The notes beneath the pieces were generated by a model. That model did not search any database and was not told where the DNA came from. It saw only the letters and a program-made list of their open reading frames with translations. From assembly GCA_001642005.1 (NCBI GenBank), contig LWCA01000280.1, positions 1 through 34,840 on the forward strand: a DNA stretch of 34,840 nucleotides, in the 5' to 3' direction. Position 1 is the first letter of the stretch. The number at the start of each line of letters is the position of its first letter. The stretch comes from Intoshia linei. Lineage: Eukaryota > Animalia > Orthonectida. This document shows positions 1 to 11,303 of the stretch, one piece after another. The position numbers and the translations under genes are program-made.

Positions 1-186
1 CCCCCCACCATTTTTAAAACATTATAAGTTGTAATATGATAATCGGGAAATTTTGGTTTCTTAAACCCTGTACCTCAGGTTTGGAACCGCTAACTGAAAA
101 TTGCGCCAAGAGTCTGTTGGGTAATTAATGTTTTTATGGATTTTGTTTTTTAATTTAAAACTAATTCAATTAATTCTTATTTATAG

Positions 187-716
187 TGAAATTGCATTTG
201 AGACAAGACCAAGCGTTGCAAAACATGTACAATCATGGTAAAGTAGCAGCAGAAGACGTGTGTACAAGATTCTCACGTGTTGTTCACAATGGAGCTTTTA
301 AGGTAACTTAGTGGCGTAAATTATTAATAAAAATTAAATTAAAATTTAGAGAGGTCCAGATGATAGTTTCTTTAAATCGCAAAATTTTAAAATGTCTAAT
401 GCAATGTCAACTCCAACTAAATTGCGCAAATCATCTTCATCAAAAAAACACACAAATTTACCCAAAGAGGTTAATTTTTTAATTATTTATAGAATTTAAA
501 AAATTTTAGGCCATTGAAATAATGATGAGTTGGCTTCGTGAACATAAGACAAACCCATATCCAAATGAAATTGAAAAATCAATGCTAGTTCAAGCTACCC
601 GATTAACAATGAATCAAATAAATTATTGGTTTACCAACGCTAGGCGTAGAATTTTACCAAAATGGGCTTTAGCTGCACATAAAGCTCAAAACGGAGAAGC
701 TTCCAAAAATTTGTAA
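187..716 (+). CDS. TALE-class homeobox transcription factor, 3' part (5' exons outside window)
   Basis: Exons 187-302, 350-469, 510-716 joined by 47- and 40-nt GT-AG introns. They give ...[61 protein letters not shown]..., a homeodomain with the three-residue loop extension followed by PYP and a WFxNARRR helix 3. Confidence 0.92.
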
Positions 717-1046
717 ATAAATTTTATGTATAATTTGTTGAAATTTACCTATAAATACATGCCACTGCCATTTAAGGTTGTATAAAGTTGTATCATCGAT
801 AAACGCTAATACTATAACTCTCGAGTCTGATGTAAATGTTTCGCCTTAGAATCTGTAATTTTAGGCAAACATTTCGAATTAAATTGAAGAATTTGACAAC
901 CATTTTTAATAATTAATTAATGTACTCATTCTAATTATTGTGCATTATGAATACTGCATAAATATATTTCAAAATCCATTGCTAATGTAAAACAATTCGT
1001 TGTCAAAATAAAACTTTGATTGTAGAGGTTTATCCCGAACGCTTCC

Positions 1047-4000
1047 ATGTTGAAAAACGGTATTTAAATCAAAAATGTGTTAAATATATAACTAACTAGT
1101 AACTCTATCAAATGATTTCAATCTGGAAAATGTGGCAGTTTTTACAATGTCCGATATTGACAGATTGAATCATTTAATAAATGACCAGAAAAACGAAAAA
1201 AAAAAAATCAAATTGCGAAAAATTGAATTGGAAAAATTTAAAAATACGTCTCATCAAAGAATAAAAAATTGGAAAAATATAACTAAAGTAAAAAATTATG
1301 CTAATAAATAATTTTTGAATAAACATATAATGTAGGATTTAAATGAACGAAAATTATTAGCAAAGCAGGTTAGAGAAGCGAAACTGGAAGAAGAATCTAA
1401 AAAAGTTGATGAATTAGAATATCAACACAGAGAAAAACTACGAAATGAAATGTTGCTCGAAGCTCGCAAAAAAATATATTATGAAAGGGATTACGTTAAA
1501 TCGTTTCATGTACATATCACTCCTTTAAATATTTTTAAAATGGAAAGTAAAGAGAATTTTTCCTTTTAGGGTTGGTAAATTGGATTTTTCCTTTAAGGTT
1601 TAATAAAACGAGAATTTCTCTTAAAGGTTGGTAAAACTGTATTTTTCGTTTTAGGTGAAAGGGGAATTTTCACTCAAGGGTTTGTGAAAGTAAATTTTTC
1701 CTTTAAGGGTTAGTAAATTTTAATTTTTGGTAAAAACTGGTTGGATTTAAGTAGACACCCCTTTATAATCATATTTTGTAGTCTTCCATACGACTGGCCG
1801 ACACATTGGATGAGAGAAAACAGCAATTGGAATTGAAAAAATTATTAAAAGGTCGAAATGAAGAGGTATATGAAATTAACGAAAAAATCCAAAACGAATG
1901 GATTGACAAATACGATGCCCGAGAAAATGAAAAAAGAGCGAAAATGATTGATGGAAATTTAAAAAACGTTAAATATTTAACAGAACAGTAATACGATTAA
2001 TCGAATTTTATTTACATTTTTTAGGATTGATTCTCACGTCTTGGCTAAACAAAGAGTCCATGATTCTTATTTACTTGAAGCTGATGATTTGAAACGTAAA
2101 GTCATTGAATATGAAAAGGAAAAAAAAGATTCATTTAAACACACAAAAGAAAATGCTAAATGTCTAATGTCTGATAATATTGAGCAAATCAAAGATAATG
2201 ACATTGCCAAGATTAAAAAAATTAAAATTAATCAATTGGAAATGGATAAAATGAAATATTTTGCAAAGAAAAAACGGAATATACTTCAAATGAGGGCAGA
2301 AAAAGAGTTTCAGATCAAAAAGTAATTTTTGTAGAGGAAGGGTGTGGTTTAGATTTGTAATAATTGACAATTTATCAAAAACTACAATATTAACATTTTA
2401 ATAAGGCAGATCACTCGTCGCCAAACGCTACGTCAGAAAAAAGTTGAAGAAAAGACCAGTAGTGGTTTAGAACCTTTTATAATAATAATGCGTAAAGTAA
2501 ACCAAAGTAACGTTATACTTGTAATCTGAAAATATCGTGATCGTGTGGATAATATTTCGTAGTCATATTAAAATTCACTGACTTGAAGGTAACACCGTCA
2601 GACGATGGAATTTAATCGTTTTAAAATGTCAGGTATCTCAAATCTACTTAAATAAAGCACTGTAATCAAAATTGTTATCAGTATTTCTAATCTTATTATT
2701 ATATACATGATTTCAGAGTTGCCACATGTTTAGATTTCAACACACAGCCTAAAGCAGAGATATGAAAATATAAGCGTTCGAAGGCAGCACTAAAGTCCCC
2801 AAAAATTTTAATAAGACGGCACCTTTCTAAACAAAATTTAATTAAATATAGCAGTGCCGCTCATGGGTGTGAATGGTCACCTCAAGGGAAAAATATTTTA
2901 TTAGGGGGCAAATCCGGAAATTTTAGATGATTGGGGGTGAATGATAAATTTTTAGCATATTTTATTCAATTTAGTAATATCTTATGAGAAAAAATTACTT
3001 TACCAATATTTTTCGGAAAAATTACCATTTTAAAAATAATATAATAATTTAAATTATTCTGAAGGCCGCACCAAATCGTCAATAAGGCCGGACTTTCCCC
3101 ACCTCTCCCTTAGACCTTATTTTAAGGTAAAATATTTTTTTCCACATTTTTTTGAAAACTTTGATTTTACCAAACTTAACAAAAAAACTCTTCATCCAAC
3201 TACAAAATAAAAAACACAAATTTTAGCAACCATGAAGGAAATATTCCTTTTTCCGAGTACTTAGTTCTAAAGTTTAGGTTATTTTCAGGGATCGACAACC
3301 TTTTGCATCTAGTGGACCACTTTTTTATATAAAAAAATTCTACGGGTCCGTTTTTGAAAATTTACACATGATAAATTTATATTTTAACTGAAGAGGAAAG
3401 GTTCTAGTATATTCAGCGATATAAAATCCAGAGCGATCAAAAATTTCAGTATTAAAATGATTATAATGAGCCAATTATAGTAGAAAATGTTTAAAACAGT
3501 GTTTAAAAGTTAAAAAAAATAAATAATTTACATATTTACTCAAAGGGACACCACAATTATTATGTGGGCCACTAGTTGCCGACCCCTGTTCTAAACACTA
3601 AAACTTTGCAAGACTCACAAGCGTCAATTATTTCGTTTACATTTTACAAATTAGTCATTTATACAATTGTATAGTTAACTTGTACCAGCAAAGTTACACG
3701 CATTGTTTTTGCTGGTAATAATAACAAGCAAATTACCCTTGACTATAATACATCTATACGCAATTATGACACATTTCAGCAATAATCGCAAAATTCGCTA
3801 TATTCATACAATTTAAAAGTTTTTTTACCGGTTTAAGCCTCTAGAGACAACTATTGGTTTCATTACGACAAAAACTCATTATTCATAAACTGGAAAATGT
3901 CATTTATAAATGATTCTATAGTGGGTAATATGGTGACAGGATCAATACAAAGGAAAAATGTTAAAAAACACTCACGTGTATTATTTAATGTGATAAATCA

Positions 4001-5625
4001 TTATCAACTGGTTTTCATGTTTGACCAAGGGATGATGAGATTTTAAATTTAATATAATTAAGGTAATATATTAATAACTTTTATTATCTTTAAGTGTTTA
4101 TTAAAAATGAGATTTTGATGATTCTATAAAAATTTACTGTGAAATTATCGGTTCGTGATAAAAAAAGTTTTGAAATTACAATTTGTAATCTCCAAATTCA
4201 ATAGAAATTTTAATAAATTAATCTTAGACATAAACAAGAACAATTGGGAAAAATAGTGATACGATTACGTCAAGAATTAGAAAGCAAAATTGATGATGAA
4301 AATCAGAGGTTGGAAAGTACTTTAATAGAAAAGAAGGCAAAAGATGATGAAAATGAATTTAAAAAAACACAAAAACTACATAAAATTCAACTAGAAATTG
4401 AAGAATATAGGAAAAAAAAGGTATTATTAAGATTCACTAAAATAACAATATAATTAAAAGAAACATTTGATTTGAATAGCATTCTATTTTTTAAAAGTTA
4501 ACCTTTACAATTAAAATGATAATAAACGATTACATCGTGACAAATATTTTTATGACATTTTATTTACGTGACATTTTTTTATTAACCATAATTTAAAATT
4601 TAATAACATACTGTTTAATAATTACTGTAATTAAATGAAAAATAATATATAAGTTATTTTTATTTGATATTTAAAATTTTAAAACGATAAAATAATTAAC
4701 CAACATTCTCAATCTTTTTTTAAGTCGTAGACCCTTCAATTTTTATTTGTCAATGATCTGGCCCCAGCAATAATGACACATAATTTTTGCTGGAAGTAAC
4801 GGTTCTGAAACATTGCTATATTCAGTATCAATTAAAAGACATTAATATTAATTTCCCGATATTACTACTTGACAATGATTAAGGTGTTTTTGAAATTTAA
4901 AATAATGTTATAAATTCTCAATTTTTTCTGGAAACACAAAATTGAGATTGTGAACCCTGGGATCCCACAATAATCCAATTATCCACGTGGATAATTCCTG
5001 AAATCATGTTTATAATTATAACTAATTGTCAATAAAATTAAAAATTTTTACAATTTAAAGCAGGTGCTTGGCGTATAATTAATGAATATTAATCATTTAA
5101 TATGCACCGAAATTTATTAATTAATTATACCAAAATAGATGAATGAATCTGAAAAAAAAAAAAAAAGCGACGATGAAAGATCACTAAAACAAAGATTTGA
5201 AATTTTCGAAAGAAACAGAGTTTTCTATGAGACTGAAAATAAAAAAAGACAATTGCTGAGAAATGAAGCCAAACAATTACAAAATTTCATCATAAACCAA
5301 CAGGTAAATTCTAAATAATTTCAAACTTTATATAATTGTTTAGAAAGAAAAACATGAAAAAGAAATGAAATTAATATCCGATAGAAAAACAGAAAACATA
5401 AAATTCATAATAGACCAAAAAGCAAATAAATTAAGATTTGAAGATTACAGTAATAAAGTAATTGGTCATTACAAAAAATACAATAAAACGACATTTCCTA
5501 TAATAAAATCACAAAAAAACATTTTGAAAAATTTGGACACGAGAAAAGATTGTAATAAAAGTGACATTTATGCTCCATTACTAACTGCCAAAAGACTTGG
5601 GTTTATCTGGTCTCCAGAAAAATAG
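1047..5625 (+). CDS. CFAP210: Cilia- and flagella-associated protein 210 (CCDC173), coiled-coil axonemal protein, about 505 aa
   Basis: Frame-consistent model join(1047..1059,1100..1287,1336..1509,1782..1987,2025..2321,4228..4420,5139..5303,5344..5625) = 1518 nt, all introns GT-AG. Motifs recalled from CCDC173: IKNWKN, YYERDYVKSFHSSIRLADTLDERKQQLE, KYFAKKKRNILQMRAEKE and C-terminal TAKRLGFIW. Confidence 0.85.
1551..1725. repeat. Degenerate minisatellite, about 29-30 nt unit (consensus approx. TTTTCCTTTAAGGGTTGGTAAAAnTGGAT), about 6 copies, in CFAP210 intron 3
   Basis: Successive units are visible: ttttccttttagggttggtaaattgga / ttttcctttaaggtttaataaaacgaga / tttctcttaaaggttggtaaaactgta / ttttcctttaagggttagtaaa. 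Confidence 0.75.
3286..3588. mobile_element. hAT (Buster/Charlie-like) MITE in CFAP210 intron 5
   Basis: 14-nt TIRs: CAGGGATCGACAAC versus the reverse complement of the right end, CAGGGGTCGGCAAC (12/14 identical). No coding capacity and no clean TSD. Confidence 0.7.
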
Positions 5626-5750
5626 CTAAAAATGACAAAATTTAAGTGTCAATTAATAAATTTTAAAGTAAAGTTTAATTATTTTGATAAACTAACGCTA
5701 CAGTAAAATTGCAATGTAAATAATAATGTTATAGTTAAATATATATCAAA

Positions 5751-6667
5751 ATGTTAACATTGAATGTGGATTTAAATTTACATGAAAAATACAAAAATGT
5801 TTTAGAAAATGTCAAAAATTTTTTGAAAACTAATAAAAACCAGCATAAATTGGCTTTCGTTACATCCGGAGGAACGTGTGCACCAATTGAAAAAAACAGT
5901 GTACGAAATTTAGAAAATTTCAGTACGGGACATAGAGGAGCTACATCTGTAGAATATTTTTTAGAGAATGACTACAAAGTACTCATGTTAAAACGTGACA
6001 ATTGTAGTATGCCATTCAATAATTTTATCGAAGGTAAATGTATAGATGAATTATTTTACTTGGAAAACGGCGTCAAGGTTTTAAATTCTGATAAAATTGA
6101 AAATTTATTAAAAAAAATTGAAAGGTATAAATCTAATTTACATATTGTCAATTTCAAAATAATTGAAGACTATTTATATTTACTGATAAAAATTTGCAAA
6201 TTAACTGGATCGATATATGGAAAAAACGCAATTTTTTATCTTTGTGCAGCAGTTTCTGATTTTTATATACCATATAATGAACGAAGTCAACATAAGTTAT
6301 CTTTCTCAGAAGATTCACAAAAAGAAATTATTTTCAAATTTAAAAATGTTCCAAAAGTTATAACTGAAATTATAAACGATGAAAATTGTAAATTTTCTTA
6401 TATTGTAACTTTCAAATTAGAAACAAATATTAATCAACTGGAGCAAAATATGAAATTAGCTTTACAAAAATATAATCACAATGTAATATTCATATAAATA
6501 ATTACATATTTTTGTAGGTTGTGATTGGAAATTTAATTTATACTCGTTATCAACAAGTTTACCTTTTAGAAAATGGGGGAACTATTGAAATTATTAAATC
6601 CAATCCAGTAGACGAAAAATTGATTCAAAAAATTATTCAGTTGCATAATCAATTTATTCAAAATTAA
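5751..6667 (+). CDS. PPCS: Phosphopantothenate--cysteine ligase (eukaryotic monofunctional CoaB type)
   Basis: join(5751..6482,6518..6667) with a 35-nt intron. Motifs [53 protein letters not shown] and HNVVIGNL. Confidence 0.95.
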
Positions 6668-6713
6668 ATTTATTTTATACAGGAAAAATTTTTCATAATT
6701 TTAAAAGGTTTCA

Positions 6714-9700
6714 TCAAACTATGGAATGAGATAAACATAAGTAGTGATTGAATCCACATGCAACATTAACGCCTTTAGCAGGAAAAATAATCTAATAATT
6801 TTCAAATAAGTTACATCAGAATATATATTAATTACCATTTTAAATTCTTATAACTGGTAGTGCCGTCAACCTTTTTGATTTCATAGGGCTGCCAAAGTGG
6901 TATATATGACCATCCGAGTGAGTGAACAGTTTTAAGGGTATTGGAGGTTCATGGGAGTCACGAAAAATATTATTGTATCGTGCATCCTTAAAATTTATAT
7001 TGTCAAAATGGGGGTCCACAAAAAAAAAGTTGGCGATCCGTTCTACTTACATTTAATAAAAATAACATTTTGTTGCCAACAACACTCAAAAATATTACAA
7101 TATCAAGTTTTTTGATGGATAAAGGGCATTTAATATGGGCTATTTGGCTACCCGATGTAATGGAATAATTTAATAGAATCAAAACAGACATAAAAACCAA
7201 ATATAGGCATTTAAAATTGAGTTTCAGTGATTTTAGAAAACATTAAAAATGAAGAAAAAATAATCTTAAACGCTAAGTATGTCAAATGAATAAAAATTTG
7301 AATGTTTTTAAAACTATAAAGGCCTTAAAAATTTAACAGAAAATAATTTTAAATTTTGAAATATATCAAAATTGAATTAATAATAAATTACTTTGAAAAA
7401 TGTCGAGAAATTCCGGTCGAATAGCACATATATACAGGTTATATTTATTAAATTACCTTTAAAGGGAAATATTGATCAATTTTTAGACCTAAACCCAGTT
7501 GTCCATCTCGGTTGGTACCCCAAAAGTAAACATCACCAAATTCTAAAAAAATAAAAAATAAATCAACAATATACCATTTATTGCAGTAAAATAATTCGGT
7601 CCACAATCAATAAGTTTGATTTTATAAAATTTTTCATTATTCAAATAATCGTAACCAAACAATTTTGGAGGTAATATTTTTGGATATTTAGTGTTTTCAT
7701 TTGGCTTACCTCGTCCTAATATTCCGTAGCCCCATGTGTAAACAAATCCTTTGTCTAATATTTCAAATTAATAAACAATAGACAGATATAAATGTACAAT
7801 AGATTCAAATGATTAGAACATTATTGCTGTAAATTTTTAGAATTTTATTATTAAAATATTGACGTATAAAATTACCCGTCAAAAGAGAACAGTTACTACC
7901 TGATGCACAAACTTGTATTATTTTCCCATCAATATCGCAATAATCAAAATTTAGCAAAGTCGGTTCATAAATTGAAGTATAGTCGGAGTGTACACCGCTA
8001 AATTGATTATATTCATTATTTCCAAAACCAAATAATTGTCCTTTATCTAAATGTTAAATTAAAGTTTAATTAATAAACAATTACTATTGGATAATAATTT
8101 AAACCTAATAGTAATAATTAATTTAAAAAGACTCTCAAACTAACGCATAATAATCTGTAAATTACCTGTCAAGTATTGGCGCCATTAAAAACTATGCTAT
8201 TTAATCATAATTAACGCACAAAGAAGAAACACTTAAAAATATGTATTTTGTAGATGTATATGTATGGAATCGATAAAGTATCCATAGATTTCAGAAATAT
8301 TACCTGTCTCATAATAATGGCGCAAATATTTTTGATGCATTATTTACAATTAAAAAAAATATAATGTAAAGTATCGCGAGGACGTTAATATTTAAGGTTA
8401 TTCAATACATAATTAATATTATATTATAAGTAAGGATAATAATTATTATTACCATTTAAAGCCAATGTTGTGTCACATTTCGACGAAATTTGAACAAATT
8501 TAGAGTCATGCTTAGATGGAAATATACAAGTAAAGACAGGGCATTGTCTAATATTTTCGGGTAAACCAATTTGACCATCTGTATTCAACCCGCAACCCCA
8601 TATGCTACCGTCTTCACATAATATCAAAGTGTGATCGTATCCACAAATAACTTTTGAAATGTTTTTAGTAAAGTCGATTTCGTGGACATAAAGATTTCCA
8701 CTAAATATTTTAGAAATGAATAAAATTAATAAAAAATAATTTTACCGATAAATTTCACCTTTTACAATAGGACGTCCACATTGACCGTGACAATTGTTTC
8801 CATATGTCAAAACTAAATACATATTATGTAAATTGTACATTCCAGATAAAATGAAGACTAAAAGTAGAGTCGAACCTATCATGCTCGACACCCCTTAAAA
8901 ATTCGAAACATATGGACCAAGTCACTTCTCTACGTCGCGTATAGACCTGGACTTGATACTAATGATTTTGAAAAAAATTTTTTATTGCCAATTTTAAGCA
9001 TTGAGACACTAGTTTAAAAAACTATCACCGAAGCTTCCCGAGGAAGGGTATCAGGTAAGGTAGACGCATCACTGTATAAAATGGTTAAAATAAAACAGGA
9101 AGACTCGATTATCAGGGTAAATGTATACAAAATACGTTTCTTGTATTTATTTTAAAGTGGTCAATTATCTGTACATTATTTCGATGCATCATTTTTTAAA
9201 CTTGAAAAATAAAGGCTATATCCATAAGACATCAAAATTTGCAATTGTCTTGCTATTGTGATACAATAAATCATTTCATGAAATTATAGAAAGGCTGATA
9301 GGAATATTTCTTTTTTAGTAATATTGCATAAAAGTACAGTTTAAAAGTATTACTTTTAGATTTATTAACAATGATGGCTGTATGTGCTCTTCCACATGAA
9401 AAAGAAGTAAAACTTGAAATTTTAATATTTTGAGGGATTCTTATTTCAAATGGTTCATAAATATAATCCACAAAATTATCTAAATGATTATATTAAAATG
9501 TTAACATTTTAGTAGCGATCAAAATCACATTCAAATTTTACGGGTTCTCTACGGCTCTAGACACACACAACAGTTGATATGGAAACCGTTGATTTACGGC
9601 ACATTTTATTTATGAATGTCACTAATGCTTACATCAGTCGTTCCCGATTCAAAATATTTATTTTTTTCACCCCAAATGGTAAACATTAAATATAAACATT

Positions 9701-10980
9701 TATGAAATAATAACGGTTTTTTCTCATAAGGTTTGATAAAAGCGGATTTTTAAATGAAGGGTTGGTAAAATTGTATTTTTTATTAAATTTTATTGCCACC
9801 AATGTATAAATGGGATAAAAGAGGGTTTTTTGAAATAATAATGTATCGGTCTTCTAGGCTTTGGGATAGATTCTCAACATCTTACAATTATAATAAATAT
9901 TAAAATAAACAAAAGTTGATAAATTTTTTTTATATATTATATGAATCTCGCGGACCCCAGGCATATGGTTTTGGAGCCCAATCGGAACCACTGGTTTAAA
10001 TCAAATCATAGTTCCAGCCTAGGAAAACTGTCACCCACGACATAATTTTTAAAAACTGATACTACTGTTTACAAAAAATAATATTTTTAAGAACGATAAA
10101 ATTAACTCAAATAATATACTCATGATTCATACTTTACACACGATTGTATTAATTACTTATATACTAATAATGCAAAAAATTAACTATTTTTTAAAACATG
10201 ATATCCCAATTGAGAATCCGTGTTAATTCCACAGCCGTAGAAAGCAACAGATCCATTTGATTTTTTTGTAGCAAATATGGAAAATCCACATCCGGCAGCA
10301 ACACTTAAAATCTATCATAAGTATTTAAAATTACAAAATTACTTTAATGTCGTTTTCATGAAAAAACGATGATCGATATGGTTTAACTTGCCATTTTTTT
10401 AGAGGTTTATCGTTTTTAAAAAATTTTGCGATTCCTAAAAAGAATTAAAGTTTAAACTTTATACATACACTACCTCAATAATGTAAATTTGTATATTTAT
10501 TAAACTTTTGTCATGCGTATTAAATGGTATCTCTTGGGTAGCGCTGTTTCGACCAATGAAACATATTGATTAATAAACTTACCATTTAAAAATTATTTTT
10601 TAAAAAAGTTGTTCATCTTAAACCACCCATGTATCTTTTGGTTTATCTTAAATTTTGGAAGGATTTTGAATTGAAAAATCACCGTTGATGAAAATTATTA
10701 AAAATTCCCTAATATAAAAAAGACCACAAACAAATGTTTATAACATTTAATAGAATAAACCTAAACATCCAGTTTCAATTGAACCACAGACGTACAAACG
10801 TGTAACTTTCTTTTTTAAGTTATCACTTGGAATAAAATCTTCTTCGTGTATTTGTTCCAGTATTTTTTTTTGATTTAACAATTTATCCTTTTTACCAGAT
10901 ATACGTCTGATTGTGTACAAATAAAATGGTTTTGTTGATATTTTCCCAAAAAACTTAAAAATTTTCATTATATTGTTCAT
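6714..10980 (-). CDS. RCC1L: RCC1-like mitochondrial protein (WBSCR16), about 464 aa
   Basis: complement(join(6714..6791,7457..7542,7575..7754,7876..8046,8453..8700,8746..8812,9354..9479,10185..10311,10343..10434,10761..10980)) = 1395 nt, frame-consistent. Basic N-terminal presequence, then RCC1 blades with RCC1L-type motifs GINTDSQLGYH, SCGRAHT, GNNCHGQCGR, GLNTDGQIG, WGYGILGRG, PPKLFG, DQYFPLK, VACGFNH. Confidence 0.92.
9635..9993. mobile_element. hAT (Buster/Charlie-like) MITE in an RCC1L intron
   Basis: TIRs CAGTCGTTCCCGATT versus CAGTGGTTCCGATT (reverse complement of right end). The 8-nt flanks GCTTACAT and GTTTAAAT match 6/8 with a central TA, consistent with a hAT TSD. A related copy lies in reverse orientation at about 23805-23992. 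Confidence 0.75.
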
Positions 10981-11303
10981 AAATGAGTTAATAGATTTTC
11001 ATACAAAAAAGTATATTTGACCATTTTAATTTATATTATCGTTCGACATGAAATCTCAACATTGAAATTGTGAGTAAAATGTAGTTAATTTTCAACAGCA
11101 ATTGTAAAGGTTTCACCTTTATGGTTTTTATTTTGAGTTTCATGGTACTTATCATAGGAATTGTAGAAACAACATTACATCATGTAAGCTTTTGGGTTCA
11201 TGGTAAATAACTAATCATGGTTAAATTGGATATCCTTGACATTAAAACATTAAAAAATCAGAGGTTGGCTTGATCTGACTTAAATAAAGGTTATTTTATA
11301 GTC
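10981..11303. promoter_or_regulatory. Probable bidirectional promoter and 5' UTRs of RCC1L and NIPSNAP
   Basis: The two ATGs are head-to-head, 323 nt apart. No individual promoter motif is identifiable, so this is positional inference only. Confidence 0.5.

Noticed and set aside
1551-1725. Regularly spaced about 30-nt repeats resembling a CRISPR array
   Set aside because: Units are contiguous and degenerate with no unique spacers, lie in a eukaryotic intron, and there are no cas genes.
2164-2370. Phe-rich minus-strand ORF; likewise ORFs 21737-21922, 22069-22320, 31024-31302, 18270-18452 and 34495-34677
   Set aside because: They are antisense to identified exons or transposase remnants and have no motifs of their own.
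3600-4050. Short open frames in CFAP210 intron 5 (possible nested gene)
   Set aside because: Frames are under 50 codons, cannot be spliced together consistently and show no recognisable homology.
7003-7200. 65-aa minus-strand ORF in an RCC1L intron
   Set aside because: It overlaps a degenerate hAT-like MITE end, and RCC1L is complete without it.
11099-11210. Resemblance of the small ORF to the Sec61-beta C-terminus
   Set aside because: The similar pieces (KVSP and the hydrophobic tail) are in different frames and the conserved upstream motif is missing.
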